DNA of 63,793 bases, counting the filler, from Atractiella rhizophila (taxonomy: Eukaryota), in the NCBI GenBank assembly GCA_021432655.1. It is 4 parts of 3 records of this genome, joined end to end, with 100 filler letters (N's around TTAATTAATTAA, not from the genome) between each part and the next. Parts side by side here need not be neighbours in the genome. Positions count along the whole stretch, not along the records: positions 8,628 to 28,281 come from MU271698.1; 3 more parts are not named here. One strand, written 5' to 3'. Position 1 is the first letter of the stretch, and every line of letters starts with the position of its first letter. The position numbers and the translations under genes were made by a program. Below are positions 12,858 through 25,546 of the stretch, piece by piece. The notes under the pieces are model-generated. The model did no database searches. It saw nothing but the letters and a program-made list of their open reading frames with translations, and was not told where the DNA came from.

Positions 12858-14072
12858 TCAATACTTGGGCACAACTTCTTCCCCAGCTTCCTTCCCCATA
12901 CCTTGCAGTTTCTCCTGCAGAATGTCGCAAACGGCCCTGCGCACTTCTTGCAGCTCCTCCGTATCTACACCGTCATCCATCCCACTGTCCTTCCGCTTGC
13001 CTCTTGCCATCATGTATAACTCTTTCAGCCTCTCCAATTCGTCCATTGATTTCTCATCCAATGGAGTACCGAAGGATATCGAAAGTTCCGCACCAAGACG
13101 AGGAAGAAATCTACATAGGCATGAATGAATAGCAAAAGCTGCAGTGGGATAGTAGTGCGCTGGCGCCAAATGGGGGATGAGGAAAGGAGGCGAACCTGGG
13201 AAACCCTCTATCCTCTGGCATAATATCCTCAAATCCCTTAATCCAAACGGGGACAATGTACGGCAGTTCTTTCGTCTCCATTAACATGCGAGCAATGCCC
13301 CAGCGAAAGCGGAGGAGCTGGTATGGATGTGATTGGTTCACATAGCCTATCATTTGGATTCGTTAGCTTGGAAATATGTCCATTTCTGAAGGAGGATAGA
13401 CCTTCGGGGAAAATATGCACCTGTAAGGATACTCAATCAAGATAATGAGGTATAAAGAAGATACAACAGACCCAGTGTCCCCTGTTTAGTAAGGAGGCTG
13501 AGTTGTCGACTGCTTTTTGGTAGATACCATTTCCTCGAAATGTCTGTTTCATTGCGCAAGGAGTTGAACATAGTCACAATGATTCGTAAAAAGAGACTGA
13601 CTTCGATCACTTGTCCTTCAGTGAAGAATCGTCGAAACACCCTATTTCAAGCGGTTGATTTTGACTAATTAATCTGTGACAAAGGAGGACGAACGGATTA
13701 GTAAAGCATATATCACTGGCACCTAATGTCCAACGAATTCTACGGCTCTCTCTATAATGATCTTTGGGAAGGACCCCCCATATTAGAGGATCATCAACCC
13801 TGCCACCGTCACCACCGTCAACATATTTGCAGGAAAGTGCTGAAAAAAACACAGACACGCTTCGATGATTTGCGACTAACTCGAAAGCAATCAGTATAGT
13901 CTCCGTTCACAACGCTCTGGAGGAGATACAAACAAGTAAGAACCCCTCTAGTTCGCTTAGGATTATCCAGGAGCGCTTTGAAGGCTTGCAATCCCTCGAC
14001 TTTTACATCTGAACATCCATATCGAAGCCACAGTCTAGATAGTCCGCCGACAAAGCGGATAGCCAAGCTCAT
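12858..14072 (-). CDS. TAZ1: Tafazzin (monolysocardiolipin acyltransferase)
   Basis: RGVLT, DDPLIWG, RWTLGASDICFTN, FFTEGQVIE, HIFPEG, LRFRWGIARMLME, IVPVWIKGFEDIMPE motifs across multiple short introns. Confidence 0.9.
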
Positions 14073-14316
14073 ATCCTCCTCAGTAACATAAGCACCGCTA
14101 ATTCCTCCGATCCTGTGATGTTCGTCGTCTGGAGAGTCCAGCGCGAATTGCTATTTTCACTGATAATTTTTGCAGTCGTGGAAGGCTGGTTGACTCTAGT
14201 TGTTTCTGTGAGCATTTGAAAAAAGAGTAGGGACAAATAGATGCAATCTAACCACAGTCAGGAAAAGTCAGATCAGTAACAGCGACAGACTCGATTTTGC
14301 TACAATAAAGAGGTGC

Positions 14317-17269
14317 ATGCGCCTCGTCAGCTCCTCCTTTAGCTTTAGATTCGCTTCTGTATCAATATCCAGCTTTTCTCCCCAAAAAAGAGCGCTTGCA
14401 CGCATGTCGAAATCGACTCAAGTGTGGTATCCGCCATCTGCTCCTTCTCAGGAGCCATTGCGCATTTATAACTCCTTGACGAGGTCTAAGGTCTGTTATA
14501 TTTCCTTTAGCTTCCGGTTGGGTATGTTGTGGCGTGTTTCAATCAAGGGTAGGCAATACCAGCCTCTCTTATTGGCGTTTAGGTATCATGCCGTTCCTCG
14601 CTCGTCCTCCTTTCAACTGCCTCATGATCCGATTGTCTTGTTTGCACATTAATTTAATTTTCAACACAATACCCAGCTGTGCAGGATTATTGCACAGGCT
14701 GGCAAGTCACATTTCACTGTTGCATAAGTTTACAGGAGCTTGCTTCCTGGCTGTATTCTCATATTCTACAGAACACTTGACTGACAATATTGCGATCAGT
14801 CAGGTCGAGTTTGTTCCCAGGCAGCACGGAGTCGTAACGTGGTACAATTGCGGTCCTACAGTCTATGATGCCGCTCACATGGGTCATGCACGGTCTGTCC
14901 TCTTCTTCGTTATGCGAAAGGCTCAAACAATTTGTCTCCACAGCAATTATGTGACTGTCGATATACTTCGTCGCATAATGCGTGATTATTTCTCTTACAA
15001 CGTTCACTTTGTCCAAAATGTCACCGACATCGACGACAAGATTATCTTGCGTGCACGTTCCGAATTCTTCATTGACGAACTCAAGCAAGCTCAAGGAGAA
15101 ACCATTACTGCAGAGTTGGTAGAGACGGTGAAGAAGGCTTGGAGCAATTATTGGAAGAAAGTCGCGAAATACTTCCCTGAGATGGATGGGACGGCGGAGG
15201 AGCTATTGCTGGAGGAGAAAACCAAGTGGTGGGAGGAGAACGTGGTGAAATCTCGGGCAGACCAGGAGTGGATGGCTGCTAGGATAGGGACGGACGAGAA
15301 GCTAGGAATGAACCTCTCAGCTCTGGTTTGCTTCCCTACCCAGTCTCATGAAGATGTAAACCAATGCCGTTGATGTCTGTAGATCACCTCCCGTTCTGCC
15401 ATCCACCTCGCCTCCGCCTCTTCTGCGGATATTTCCCCTTCCTCTCTCATAACCCAAACAACGGACGTCCTTTCTCCCTACCTGCTTTCGCTTTACGCTT
15501 CCCGTTCTCTCCCACATTCCGTCTTCCGCTCTCTCTCTACACACTTCGAGGATTCCTTCAATGCAGATATGAAGGCTTTGAACGTTCTTCCTCCGACCAC
15601 TACCACACGTGCCACAGAATTCATTCCTCCCATCGTCTCCTTTATCGAGCGCTTGATAGAGAAAGGATACGCGTATGCCACACCATCGAAGAGCTCAGAC
15701 GGGGCGGAAGACGTCTGGTTCGATTCGAGGGCTTTCGATGGAAAGGAGGAGAGGGATGGAGAGGGATGGAAACATACGTATGCGAAGAACGCTCCGTGGA
15801 ACAAAGGGAACAAAGAGTTATTAGACGAAGGAGAAGGATCATTGACTGAAGGAGGGAAGCGGTCGCCGTCTGATTTCGCCCTGTGGAAATCTTCGAAACC
15901 TGGAGAACCGTCTTGGAAGAGTCCTTGGGGTGAGGGACGGCCGGGTTGGCACATTGAGTGCAGCGCTATGGGATCGCACGTGTTTGGGAGTGGAATGGAC
16001 TTTCATTCCGGTGGCATCGATCTTACGTTCCCCCATCACGACAATGAGCTTGCACAGGCGGAGGCATATCATGGATGTAAACAATGGGTCAATTATTTCA
16101 TCCATATGGGACATCTGCACATCGAGGGTTTGAAGATGAGCAAGAGCTTGAAGAATTTTATCACGATTCAGGAATTTCTCAAAAATTATTCAGCAAGACA
16201 ATTGAGGCTCGCATTTCTAGCTCAGGTGTGGAGTAATAGGATGGACTTTAAGGAAGCATCTGTTCAACAGGCGAAGACCGACGAGACGACCATCACTGTT
16301 AGTCCTTCATGGAACTTATCCTCAATCTCGCTAACGGTGAAACTTAGAACTTCTTTACCAATGTCAACGCCTTGCTCTCAGAGCCTTCAGCCTCCATAGA
16401 AGGAGAACATCGCTTCCATTCCGCCGAGTCCACGCTCTTGCAAGATCTTCGGGAGGCACAAAGCAAATTTGACAATGCCCTTCGAGACAGCTTCAACACT
16501 CCGCTCGCGCTCCAGACCTTACTCTCGCTCATCAACACCACGAACACTTATATTGCGCGGGGTCGGTCGAACATAGATCCTGAGGTATTGCGGGAGGTAG
16601 CAAGATGGATCAGTCTGATGGTGCGCATGTTCGGGCTCTCCGATACGATCGGGGAGGAGGAAGAAGTTGGTTGGGGTACAAGTGAAGGTAGAGGAGGGAA
16701 AGACGTATTGCCTTATTTGAGGGTCCTGAGTAGCTTCAGAGATGAAGTGAGGAGATTGGCGTTGGAGAAGAAGGAGCCGAAAGAGTTCCTCCTCGTTTCT
16801 GATAAGTTGCGCGATGAGGAGTTAGTCGAGCTTGGGGTGGCGCTAGACGATCAAGACGGTTCGTTCTCCTCTATCTTCCGACTTTACTATAACTGACATA
16901 TTCATTGTTGCAATAGACGGCCGTGCGCTTGTCAAGCTTGTAGACCCCTCCATCCTGCGCGAAGCACGAGACGCGAAGCGAGCCGCCGCCGCCGAGAAGG
17001 CTGCAAAGAAAGCGGCGAGCGCTAAAGCTGCAGAAGAGAAGCGGCGCGAGAAGCTGGAAAGGGGACGTCTGGCGCCGACGGAGATGTTTAAGAAGGCTTC
17101 GGATCTTGAACTGTTCTCTCAGTGGGACGAAGACGGTATTCCGACTCTTGATAAGGAGGGTAAGGAGATCGCGAAGAGTAGGAGGAAGAAGTTGGTAGGC
17201 GAGTGGGAGAAGCAGAAGAAGGCGCATGCTGAGTTTTTGGACGGCGTTAAGGAGGGATTTATACAGTGA
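14317..17269 (+). CDS. CRS1: Cysteinyl-tRNA synthetase with two in-frame ATGs (14317 putative mitochondrial form, 14404 cytosolic form)
   Basis: [88 protein letters not shown] motifs. Confidence 0.97.
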
Positions 17270-17383
17270 TTGGCTCAGTTGTTCGGATCTTTGGGAGTCC
17301 ATGTTTGCTGGTTGATAAATAATAGGGAATGGGATGAATTAGAGATATCTATCTACTTTTCGTAGCATATCTTTAAATTAAAA

Positions 17384-19090
17384 TCACCTAGTAGTTACTT
17401 TGCCTATCTTCCTATCCTTCTTCTTCCCCTCCACACCCGACTTCACGTCTTTGCTCTCTTCCTGCCCATCCTCTTCCTCCCAAGGATATTTGTCCTCATC
17501 CACTCCAATCGCCCTCCTGACTTCCTTAGCCATCTCCCTCAAAGTAGTCTTGTCCGTTTCCACAATTCCCTCATTGACCACCTTTCTCAAGCGCTCATAA
17601 TCATCCACCATCTCCTTCACCTCCCTCAACTGCGCCGGGTCGGCGTCCGTCATCGAAACAATCTCCTTATCCGTAGGCACGTCGAGAGGCGGTAGGTAAG
17701 GATCAGTGGTGAGTTGATCCAACTCGAAGCCTGGCGACTTGGGCAACTGAACGTCCTTGAAGGGATCGACCTCATTGAACGTCGGTTCCGCCCCCTCCTC
17801 CTTAAACTTCATGATAGACTCGGCGGCTCTATCTAGGAGGCCAGCATGTGAGAACTCGGGGAGTTCGAATTCGGCTAATCCGTCAAGAATCTCTTCAGAT
17901 GGAAGAGGGGAGGAGAGAACGGTGTTGGTCGCCCTCTCCAAGAGATCATGTTGATACCCGCTCGTGAGGGTCTCGTTCGGACCGAGGTCGTCAGAGGTGA
18001 TTTGGTCTTCCGGGGATAGGTCTTGCATCCGCGGCAGACTCTCTTTTTGCTCCTTGTAAGCTTTAAGGAGAGCATCCTTCGCTTCTGTGTAACCAGGAGT
18101 GGCGTGTGGAGAGCGTGGAGACGGAACAAAGAACCCTTCTCTGTCCCAGTATCCCCCTGGAGCTGCTTCGAAAGGAGACAAAGGCGGGACGGAGGTCCGA
18201 GAAACAGCAGAAGGGGTATTGGGCGGTAGGATGGGGTGGAAGATGGATTTGGTCGGAGTGGATGAAGACGAAGCAGTGGAAGAGGATGGGCTCAATCCCG
18301 CCTCCATCTCCAGCTGTGGGATGAGTTCGTCGACCTGTTGCTGTATCCTCTCCTCGTCCGTCTTCGCTCGCACTCCGCTCTCCAAATCCTCCGCCGCATC
18401 CATCCACCCAACCTCCTTGTACCTGAAAAGTTGAGCCTTCATTCCTATCCCCGGAAACTGATGTTTCCTCAAATAAGCGTGCCACCTCCTCACGACCTCT
18501 TCATCTGCATCATAAACGGCGAGTGCCCTCCCATACGTCCTCCTCCAATAATTCTCCTGCGTCTTCTTGTGCACGAAAGGTCCCTTCAAAACCGTCTCCT
18601 TCTCCGTCCTCAAAGGAAGATAAGCCATCCCAGAACAAGGTATATTGAACGCGTGAGCGACTCTTCGAGCGAAATCGACGAAAAAGTCAAGCCCCATGGT
18701 ATAATGCGAACGAAATTGAAGCCTGCCAACCAGGAGACCGTGCGTGATGGGGACCTGCTTCGTCGCCACGTGCGACAGCAGGTAAGGGTTGCCCGTATAA
18801 GGCGTATAACCAGCCTCGTAAGCTCGCATCATCTTCTCGAACCGTACATGGTTCTCTGGCCGCCCCTCCTCGCCGCCTGGAACTGGAGTCGAATTTGGTG
18901 TGGAAGAGAGGGAGGAGGATGGAAGAGCGGAAGCTGAGGCGGAACTGGTCGTGCTGGAGATGCGTTTTTCGACGTAAAAATGTCGAATTGGTTAGTGGGA
19001 ACAGGATAAGTTACAGAGTGAAGCGACGCACGAGAACAAGTGGCCTACGCCTTTGGAGAGCGGTGGCAGAGCTGTGCGTGCCCTGGCCAT
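17384..19090 (-). CDS. RSM10: Mitochondrial small-subunit ribosomal protein uS10m with long acidic C-terminal extension; start codon uncertain (ATG 19090 via intron, or 18832)
   Basis: LQFRSHYTMGLDFFVDFARRVAHAFNIPCSGMAYLP...TVLKGPFVHKKTQENYWRRTYGR is the fungal S10 domain. Confidence 0.88.
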
Positions 19091-19230
19091 TGCTCTTTTC
19101 GCTGCTGCGCTAAGTTGGGCTGCAAAGGTACACCAGAAGCTCGAAAAGATGTCAATTTAGTTAATGTTAGTTGATGAGGTGCGAATTTATTAAGGTTGTG
19201 CCCAGGAACGCCGTCACTTTCCCGACAACT

Positions 19231-20297
19231 ATGAGCTCTTCCCAAGCTCCCGCCACCGAAGAAAGTGACACGGGGTTCAAAGGTAAGTATTTCCACTCAA
19301 TCATCTCCTGCGGGCTGATCGTTTTCCGTGCCAAGCCAGCTAAGCAATCAAGGGCATGCATTTTTATGACGATACAGAGTTCGAGGAGAAAGACGGTGTA
19401 GTTGCACATGTCAAGTTCAACGAAGAGAAAGAAACGAAGAGAGTAACTTTGAGGTACAGTATCTTCCTCCACACAGTTAGTTAAAGGTACGATTGATTGT
19501 GTCAGCTGTGCCATCAGAGACTTCTTGTGTTGCGCGGACAGTACGCTGGAATACAAACACCAAGATTACCGTACTTTGTGGATTTCGATTGAGGATGAAA
19601 ACGAACTGCCCTGGTTGGAATTTATTGAAAACTGCCCAAGTCAGTCCAGTTTCATGACCATCAAGCAGAAAGCGACTTGTTGAGGTGACATTTTTTGTTA
19701 CAGCTGTGACCCGAAGCGAATGCTTGAAGAATTGGAAAAAGAGGCGAAGAAAAGGAGGCAGATTGGTACCATGACGTCGTGATCAAACACTCCCGTCAGC
19801 ATTGCGACTCCAGTGGACATGATAATAGATACAACAGCCCCTACCGTTGGCAATGGGACAGGAGTTACTGAGAGGGTGGGTGGAGTAATGCTGATCGCGC
19901 AAATAAGTAAGTTGATCCATGGAGGTAAGTTTCTATGTCAGCGTTTCAAGCATCTCATTTGGCATTTCTAGGGCTTTTTAAACCCTCCGCATCGTCTCAC
20001 AGTGCATCCCCTTCTTCACAGCCTTTTCCAACAACCTCGTCTGGTGTGTCCTCACTGCTCTCTCCCCCATCTCTGCCAACTTCGCAAGGAATCAGGGAAG
20101 TGTGGGATGATTCAAGGACCATTCAGTTCGACACCCCAGATGTGCACTCAGCGATGTCTCCCAATCCATCAAATACTAGCTTCACAACGTGCTCGTCTGG
20201 AACAGGTCCAACATCCCAAGCCCAGGTATTGAGCCTGGAGGAATGGATGTTGGAGCCATTTTTGAAGCAGAGAAGAGGCTGGACTTCAAAAAGCTGA
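19231..20297 (+). pseudogene. Tandem orphan family copy 1 (degenerate)
   Basis: Homologous to 26686-27786 (MSSSQAPATEESDTGFK ... LSLEEWMLEPFLKQRRGWTSKS) but with eroded splice sites and an in-frame TGA near 19780. Confidence 0.7.
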
Positions 20298-20818
20298 TAT
20301 CAGACTGTATTCTGCTCATGTAGCCTGATGTGACTTGTACATATTGTAGCAACCTCCATGTTCAAACAAATGTTTAGTTGGAATAATCACCAGCAGACCA
20401 GATTCATTACTTAATCAGTGGGGGATAAACCTATTCGACACTGCAGGGGCGATACTCTTTAAAGATAATTCGTTCCGGTGGTATATTATGTGAGCAAGAT
20501 CTAAGGTTGGTTTCAAACCAGTATCAGGGGTTTGGAGAATCGGGAGTCCTCAGGTGCCCAAAGTCGCTTGTAACTCAGGCAAACCACTGAACGCAACTGT
20601 TGAAACCGAAAAGGCATCAGCATGCGCTGCTGATGCCGATTTAGCTGAATTGCTGACTGCCCAAGACTTACGAGTTCTGCCAAGGTTCTGCAGCCACTTT
20701 CGCTTGAGCAACAATCATTGCAAAACAATTAAAGGCAAACCACTTTATGGTGAGACCTGCTTTGAAACCCCTAGTGTGAACCCCGAGTGACAGCTCTAAC
20801 GCAATCTACCCAAACAAC

Positions 20819-21119
20819 TGATGAGTTTACGAGGGCGACAGGCTGCGAGGCTGCGAGGTGCGAGACCAACCAATAAGGATGTGATTCTAGCTATGTAAAG
20901 ATGAAATACATTACCTGCGAGGTGCGAGACCAACCAATAAGGATGTGGTCTCGCACTCGCAGGGCAACTCGCTTTTATCAGAGAAAAATGCTGAATAATG
21001 AGAAGGCGTAATTGGAAGTGAAGAGAAAACTTGAACACACACCACAGTAAGGTAAGGATACTAAGAGAAGTGAATGCTCCCAGAAAGTAGGAGGCGTAAG
21101 TGTTCCAGTCACCCCATCA
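20819..21119 (-). repeat. 3' LTR (301 bp); polypurine tract GAGGGGGAG immediately internal (~21122-21130)
   Basis: Direct repeat of 25215-25515 with 4 substitutions by eye; internal duplicated TGCGAGGTGCGAGACCAACCAATAAGGATGTG motif. Confidence 0.95.
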
Positions 21120-21135
21120 AACTCCCCCTCGCATC

Positions 21136-24100
21136 CTACTTTCCATTCATCCCAATTTCCTCCATTGCATTATCCATCTTCACTCTCGAGACTCCTTTCG
21201 TAAGCAAATCCGCCGGTAAGTCCTTCGTATCCATGTAATGTAACTTGATCTTCTTATTGATGATGCACTCCCGGGTGTAGTGGAAAGGGATGTCAATGTG
21301 TTTCGTCCGTTGACGAAAGATTGCGTTGTTGGCAAGCTGATGAGAGCCGAGGTTGTCACCAAAAATGGTGATTGGATCGTTGATAGGGAATCCAAGGTCG
21401 TCGAGGAGATTGCGGAGCCACGACGCTTCTCGAGCTGCGACAGATAGGGCGACGTATTCGGCTTCCGTGCTCGAAAGGGTAACGACCGACTGTTTCTTGC
21501 TTCTCCAGACAATAGCTCCCCCAGCGTTTGTGAAAAGTGTACCTGAAATTGACTTGCGATCGTGAGAGGCGGCGAAATCTGAGTCTGAGGAGCCTGTAAG
21601 TTCTTCTCCTGCGCTGCGATAGGTGATTTTGAAGGCCGTCGTCCCTCGAAGGTAGCGGAAGATTCTCTTTACCGCCTTCCAGTGCTGCGATGTAGGTTTC
21701 TCTGCGAATTGGGCGACCTGCGTTACAGCGAAAGCAATGTCGGGGCGCGTCGCGACCATGAGAAAGAGAAGAGAGCCAATGGCTTCTCTGTAGCGACCGT
21801 GCCAGGACTCGGGGATGTGGGTTCTTTCGTCCCCTTCTTCCATGGTAGGTTCCAGCTTCCCTCCAAGCTCAAAAGGCGTCGAAACCGGCTTGCAGGTCTT
21901 CATTCCAAACTTCTCCAGCAGCCTCTCAATGTACGCTTCCTGATCGATTGAAATCCCGTCGTCAGACTGGGTTATGCGGATACCGAGGAAATGGTGAGCT
22001 CTCCCTCCGTCCGTTATCTTGTAATGTTTTTCAAGTTCCCTTTTGACAGCGGGGGCCTCGTCGTCGTTTTCGGCAAGAATGAGGAAGTCGTCAACGTATA
22101 CCGCTACCAGTACGTATCTCCCGGTCTTTTCATCTCTCTTAGTGTAGATTGTTGCCTCTGACTTACTGGGTTTAAAGCCCATACTTCGCAGTTTTTCGTC
22201 AGCATCCCCGTTCCAGACTCGACCACTCTGGTGAAGACCGTACACGCCCCTCGTCGCTTTGATCACCCAATCTGGGTGTTCTGGATCTTCCCAACCTGGA
22301 GGAGGACGAAGGTAGACCGGTTTTTCGAGCTTTCCATACAGGTAAGCAGTTGAGACATCGATCATGTGGAGCGGCCACTTATTCTTCGCGGCGATGGATA
22401 GGATGAGGCGGAATGATGGCATGGAAAGGACCGGAGAGAAGGTTTCGTCGTAGTCGACTCCTTCACGCTGAGTGAAGCCTTGAGCAACGACCCTCGCACG
22501 AAGTCGGACGGTTTCTCCCCCTGGACCCAGCTTTTCCCTCAACACCCACCGCGTCCCGATAATGTTTTCCCCCTCAGGCGGCGGCACCATCTCTCCACGA
22601 CTCTTTCTCCTCCTCAAAGGCTTCAAGCCACTGTTTGGCATTTGAGCCATTGATGGCTTCCTCGTACGATGGAGTGAGGTTGCGGGCTGGAGAGGTGACG
22701 GTGATGTGGGCTACAGCATCGGAGAGTGGTGAGTCCCCAAAATACTTTGTTCTGTTCTCTTTCTGAGCTTCTGCAGGGGAACAGCGTGTGCGTTGGGGAT
22801 GATCACGAGGCAGAGGTGGGTCAGGCTTTGCGGTTGACGACGTTTCAGTGGGTTTCTCCCCCTCTTTCGGTTTCTCTCTCTCTTCGGTCGTCATTGACGG
22901 TTCTTCGGGGGCAGGAGGGTCTGCTTGCTCGGTTGTTTGAACTTCTGGAGGGTGGAGAAGAGATGCCGGGTAAGCCTCGTCAAACTGGACGTGCAGGTGT
23001 TTTGTGACTGACCCATTCTTTGGATTGTAGATTCTGAAAGTTTTACTTTCCCAGTCATAGCCTACCAGTCTTCCTTCCACCGATCGTGCATCAAGCTTTT
23101 GGCGACTCGGTTCAGGGGGGACAAGGCTGTAAGTTCTGCAACCTAATACTCGCAAATGCTCAACTGACGGTTTCTTGCCACTCCAGGCTTCGAACGGAGT
23201 CTTTCCTTCGAGCACTGACGTCGGATGACGATTGATAACGTGCACTGCGGCAACGGCAAGCTCTCCCCAAAGCTTCTTGGGGAGGTCGGAGGTGTGGAGA
23301 GTTGATCGGATGAGTGAGGCTATCGTGAAGTTGAGGCGTTCGGCCACCCCGTTCTGCTGAGGAGTATAAGCGGCCGTATGCTCGTGCTTGATGCCGTGTG
23401 AGTTCAGGTAAGTTTTGAACTCATTGCTCGTGTACTCCCCACCGTTGTCTGATCTGATTGCTTTGATTTTCAGACCTGTTTCCAGCTCCACTTTTGCTTT
23501 GAACTCCTTGAATTTGGAGAAGACCTCTGATTTACTCTTCAGTAAGTAGATCCATTTTCTCCTTGTCACATCGTCCGTGAAGCTGAGCCAGTACTCAGCT
23601 CCCCGCTCGATTTGACGGGCGCTGGGCCCCACACGTCTGTGTGGATGAGCTCGAGTTTCTCATTCGCTCATTTCGCGGGTCCTGATGGAAACGGAAGCTT
23701 GTGCTGCTGACCAAGGAGGCATCCCGCACAAGGTGAGTGGTGATTCTCCTCTCCAATTACTAGCCCTCTAACCATCTCTTTCTCCTGAAGCAGCTTCAGG
23801 TTCCGCTTACCAATGTGGCCCAAGCGGCAATGCCAGACATGGGAGGAGGCGGCTGTTGCTGCGGTAGTGAGGTTCGTAACTGTCCCATCCACAGTGGGGC
23901 TGAGAATTGATGCGTCCAATCGTCGCAGGCCACCTTCTGGAACGATTTCCGCCACCACAATCCCATCTCCCTTTTCTACCCTTCCTCGCCTGTTTGCAGT
24001 AAGGATGACATTGAAGCCTCGTGCGTTGAGCTTGTCGGTGGAGAGGAGGGCACAGTCAATTTCAGGATCGAAGAGAACATTAGTAAGTTCAATCTCTCTT

Positions 24101-25157
24101 TCAACTCCTTTGACCTTTGTCAAGACTTTGATGCTGCCAATTCCAGTGGCCTTTGTGATGATGCCGTGAGAGGAGCGGATGCGACGATCGTGCGGGGAGA
24201 GGGAGGAGAACCAGGACCTGTAGGGAACGATGTGATCCGTTGCGGCGGAGTCGACATAGATGCCATCACGGTGCGTTCCATCTCCGGTAACTGTGTGGAA
24301 TGCTTCTGAGATTCTAGCTTCTCCAGGTTTGTCGCCTTCTTCCCGCTTCTTCTTTCGACAATCCCTCTCCCAGTGCCCATCAATACCGCAGAAGTGGCAC
24401 TTGCCCTTCTTTCTCTCGCCCTTCGACTTTCCCCCACCGCTACTTCCACCTGTTGGCTTGGTGAAGTTCTTCCCTCCCTTCCCAGTTCTTGTAGCTAAAG
24501 CTTCGCTAGGTTTGGACTCTGGGTTCCTACGGTCTGCTTCGAGTAGGAGGCGGGAGGCAACATAGGAAGAGGTGAAGTCAGAAGCGGCGATGTTGTTGAA
24601 TGAAGACACGACTTCGATCCAGGATGGCGGCAATGAGATCAGAAGAAGCATGGCGATATCTTCGTCATCAGTCTTATCGCCCATCGCCTTCAGCTCCTGC
24701 CCCATCGTGCGGATTCGGTTTACATGCTCCCGCATGGGCTGCCATCGCTGTATCGTGCCGTATACAGCCTCTGGCGGAGAAGGACACGTGCCTGTCGATC
24801 CTGGGTTTGGTAGAGCTCTTTGAGCTTATCCCAGACCTCCTTCGGCTTCTCAACGTCGATCTCACGTAAATCAGCGAGTACATGATCTTTGCACGCTTCG
24901 ATAATGATCGAATAGGCTAGGTGCGCACGCCTCGTCCACTCCTTCTGCGCCGTCTCGACCTTCCCGGTGTCCTCCGACTTTCCAGCCTCTCGCAAAGCGG
25001 CAACGGGTTTGACATCCGTCCCAGCAACGATCCCCCAGCAGTTCCTGCCGAGCAGCTTCGCCTGGACCCGAAAGCACCAAGTGTGGTAGTTCTCCCGTCC
25101 CTCGAGTTTCGCGATAGTCGAAGAAGTAATGATTGCCGTCTCATGGCTTTCAGACAT
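21136..25157 (-). pseudogene. Copia gag-pol polyprotein with one nonsense codon and three frameshifts
   Basis: CHFCGIDGHWERDC zinc knuckle; YVDSAATDH protease; WHCRLGH...CAGC; IRSDNGGEY...PQQNGVAER integrase; YVDD RT; SDSDFA/HIDI RNase H. TGA at 23668-23670; frameshifts near 24735, 23610 and 22595. Confidence 0.93.
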
Positions 25158-25202
25158 CGAGGCTGATGGGAAGTGGGGATTAGGCTAGATGAGAACTAGT
25201 CT

Positions 25203-25212
25203 CTCGCTACCA
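25203..25212 (-). promoter_or_regulatory. Primer-binding site TGGTAGCGAG (initiator tRNA-Met-like)
   Basis: Lies 2 nt inside the 5' LTR and is complementary to a tRNA 3' end ...GCUACCA. Confidence 0.75.
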
Positions 25213-25214
25213 AT

Positions 25215-25515
25215 TGATGAGTTTACGAGGGCGACAGGCTGCGAGGCTGCGAGGTGTGAGACCAACCAATAAGGATGTGATTCTAGCTATGTAAAGATGA
25301 AATACATTACCTGCGAGGTGCGAGACAAACCAATAAGGATGTGGTCTCGCACTCGCAGGGCAACTCGCTTTTATCAGAGAAAAATGCTGAATAATGAGAA
25401 GGCGTAATTGGAAGTGAAGAGAAAACTTGAACACACACCACAGTAAGGTAAGGATACTAAGAGAAGTGAATGCTTCCAGAAAGTAGGAGGCGTAAGTGTT
25501 CCGGTCACCCCATCA
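25215..25515 (-). repeat. 5' LTR (301 bp)
   Basis: TGATGAG...CCCCATCA, direct repeat of 20819-21119. Confidence 0.95.
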
Positions 25516-25546
25516 ACAACGACCATCCAACATTCCTTGAGCGGTG

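Larger units (their letters stand above)
20819..25515 (-). mobile_element. Ty1/copia LTR retrotransposon, full length (4697 bp), coding region disrupted
   Basis: TG...CA LTRs at 20819-21119 and 25215-25515; 5-bp TSD ACAAC (20814-20818 and 25516-25520); domain order gag-protease-integrase-RT-RNaseH; PBS and PPT present. Confidence 0.97.

Noticed and set aside
22574..24740. Programmed ribosomal frameshifting in the copia element
   Set aside because: The breaks fall inside gag, integrase and the pre-RT linker and are accompanied by a nonsense codon; they look like mutations or sequencing errors.
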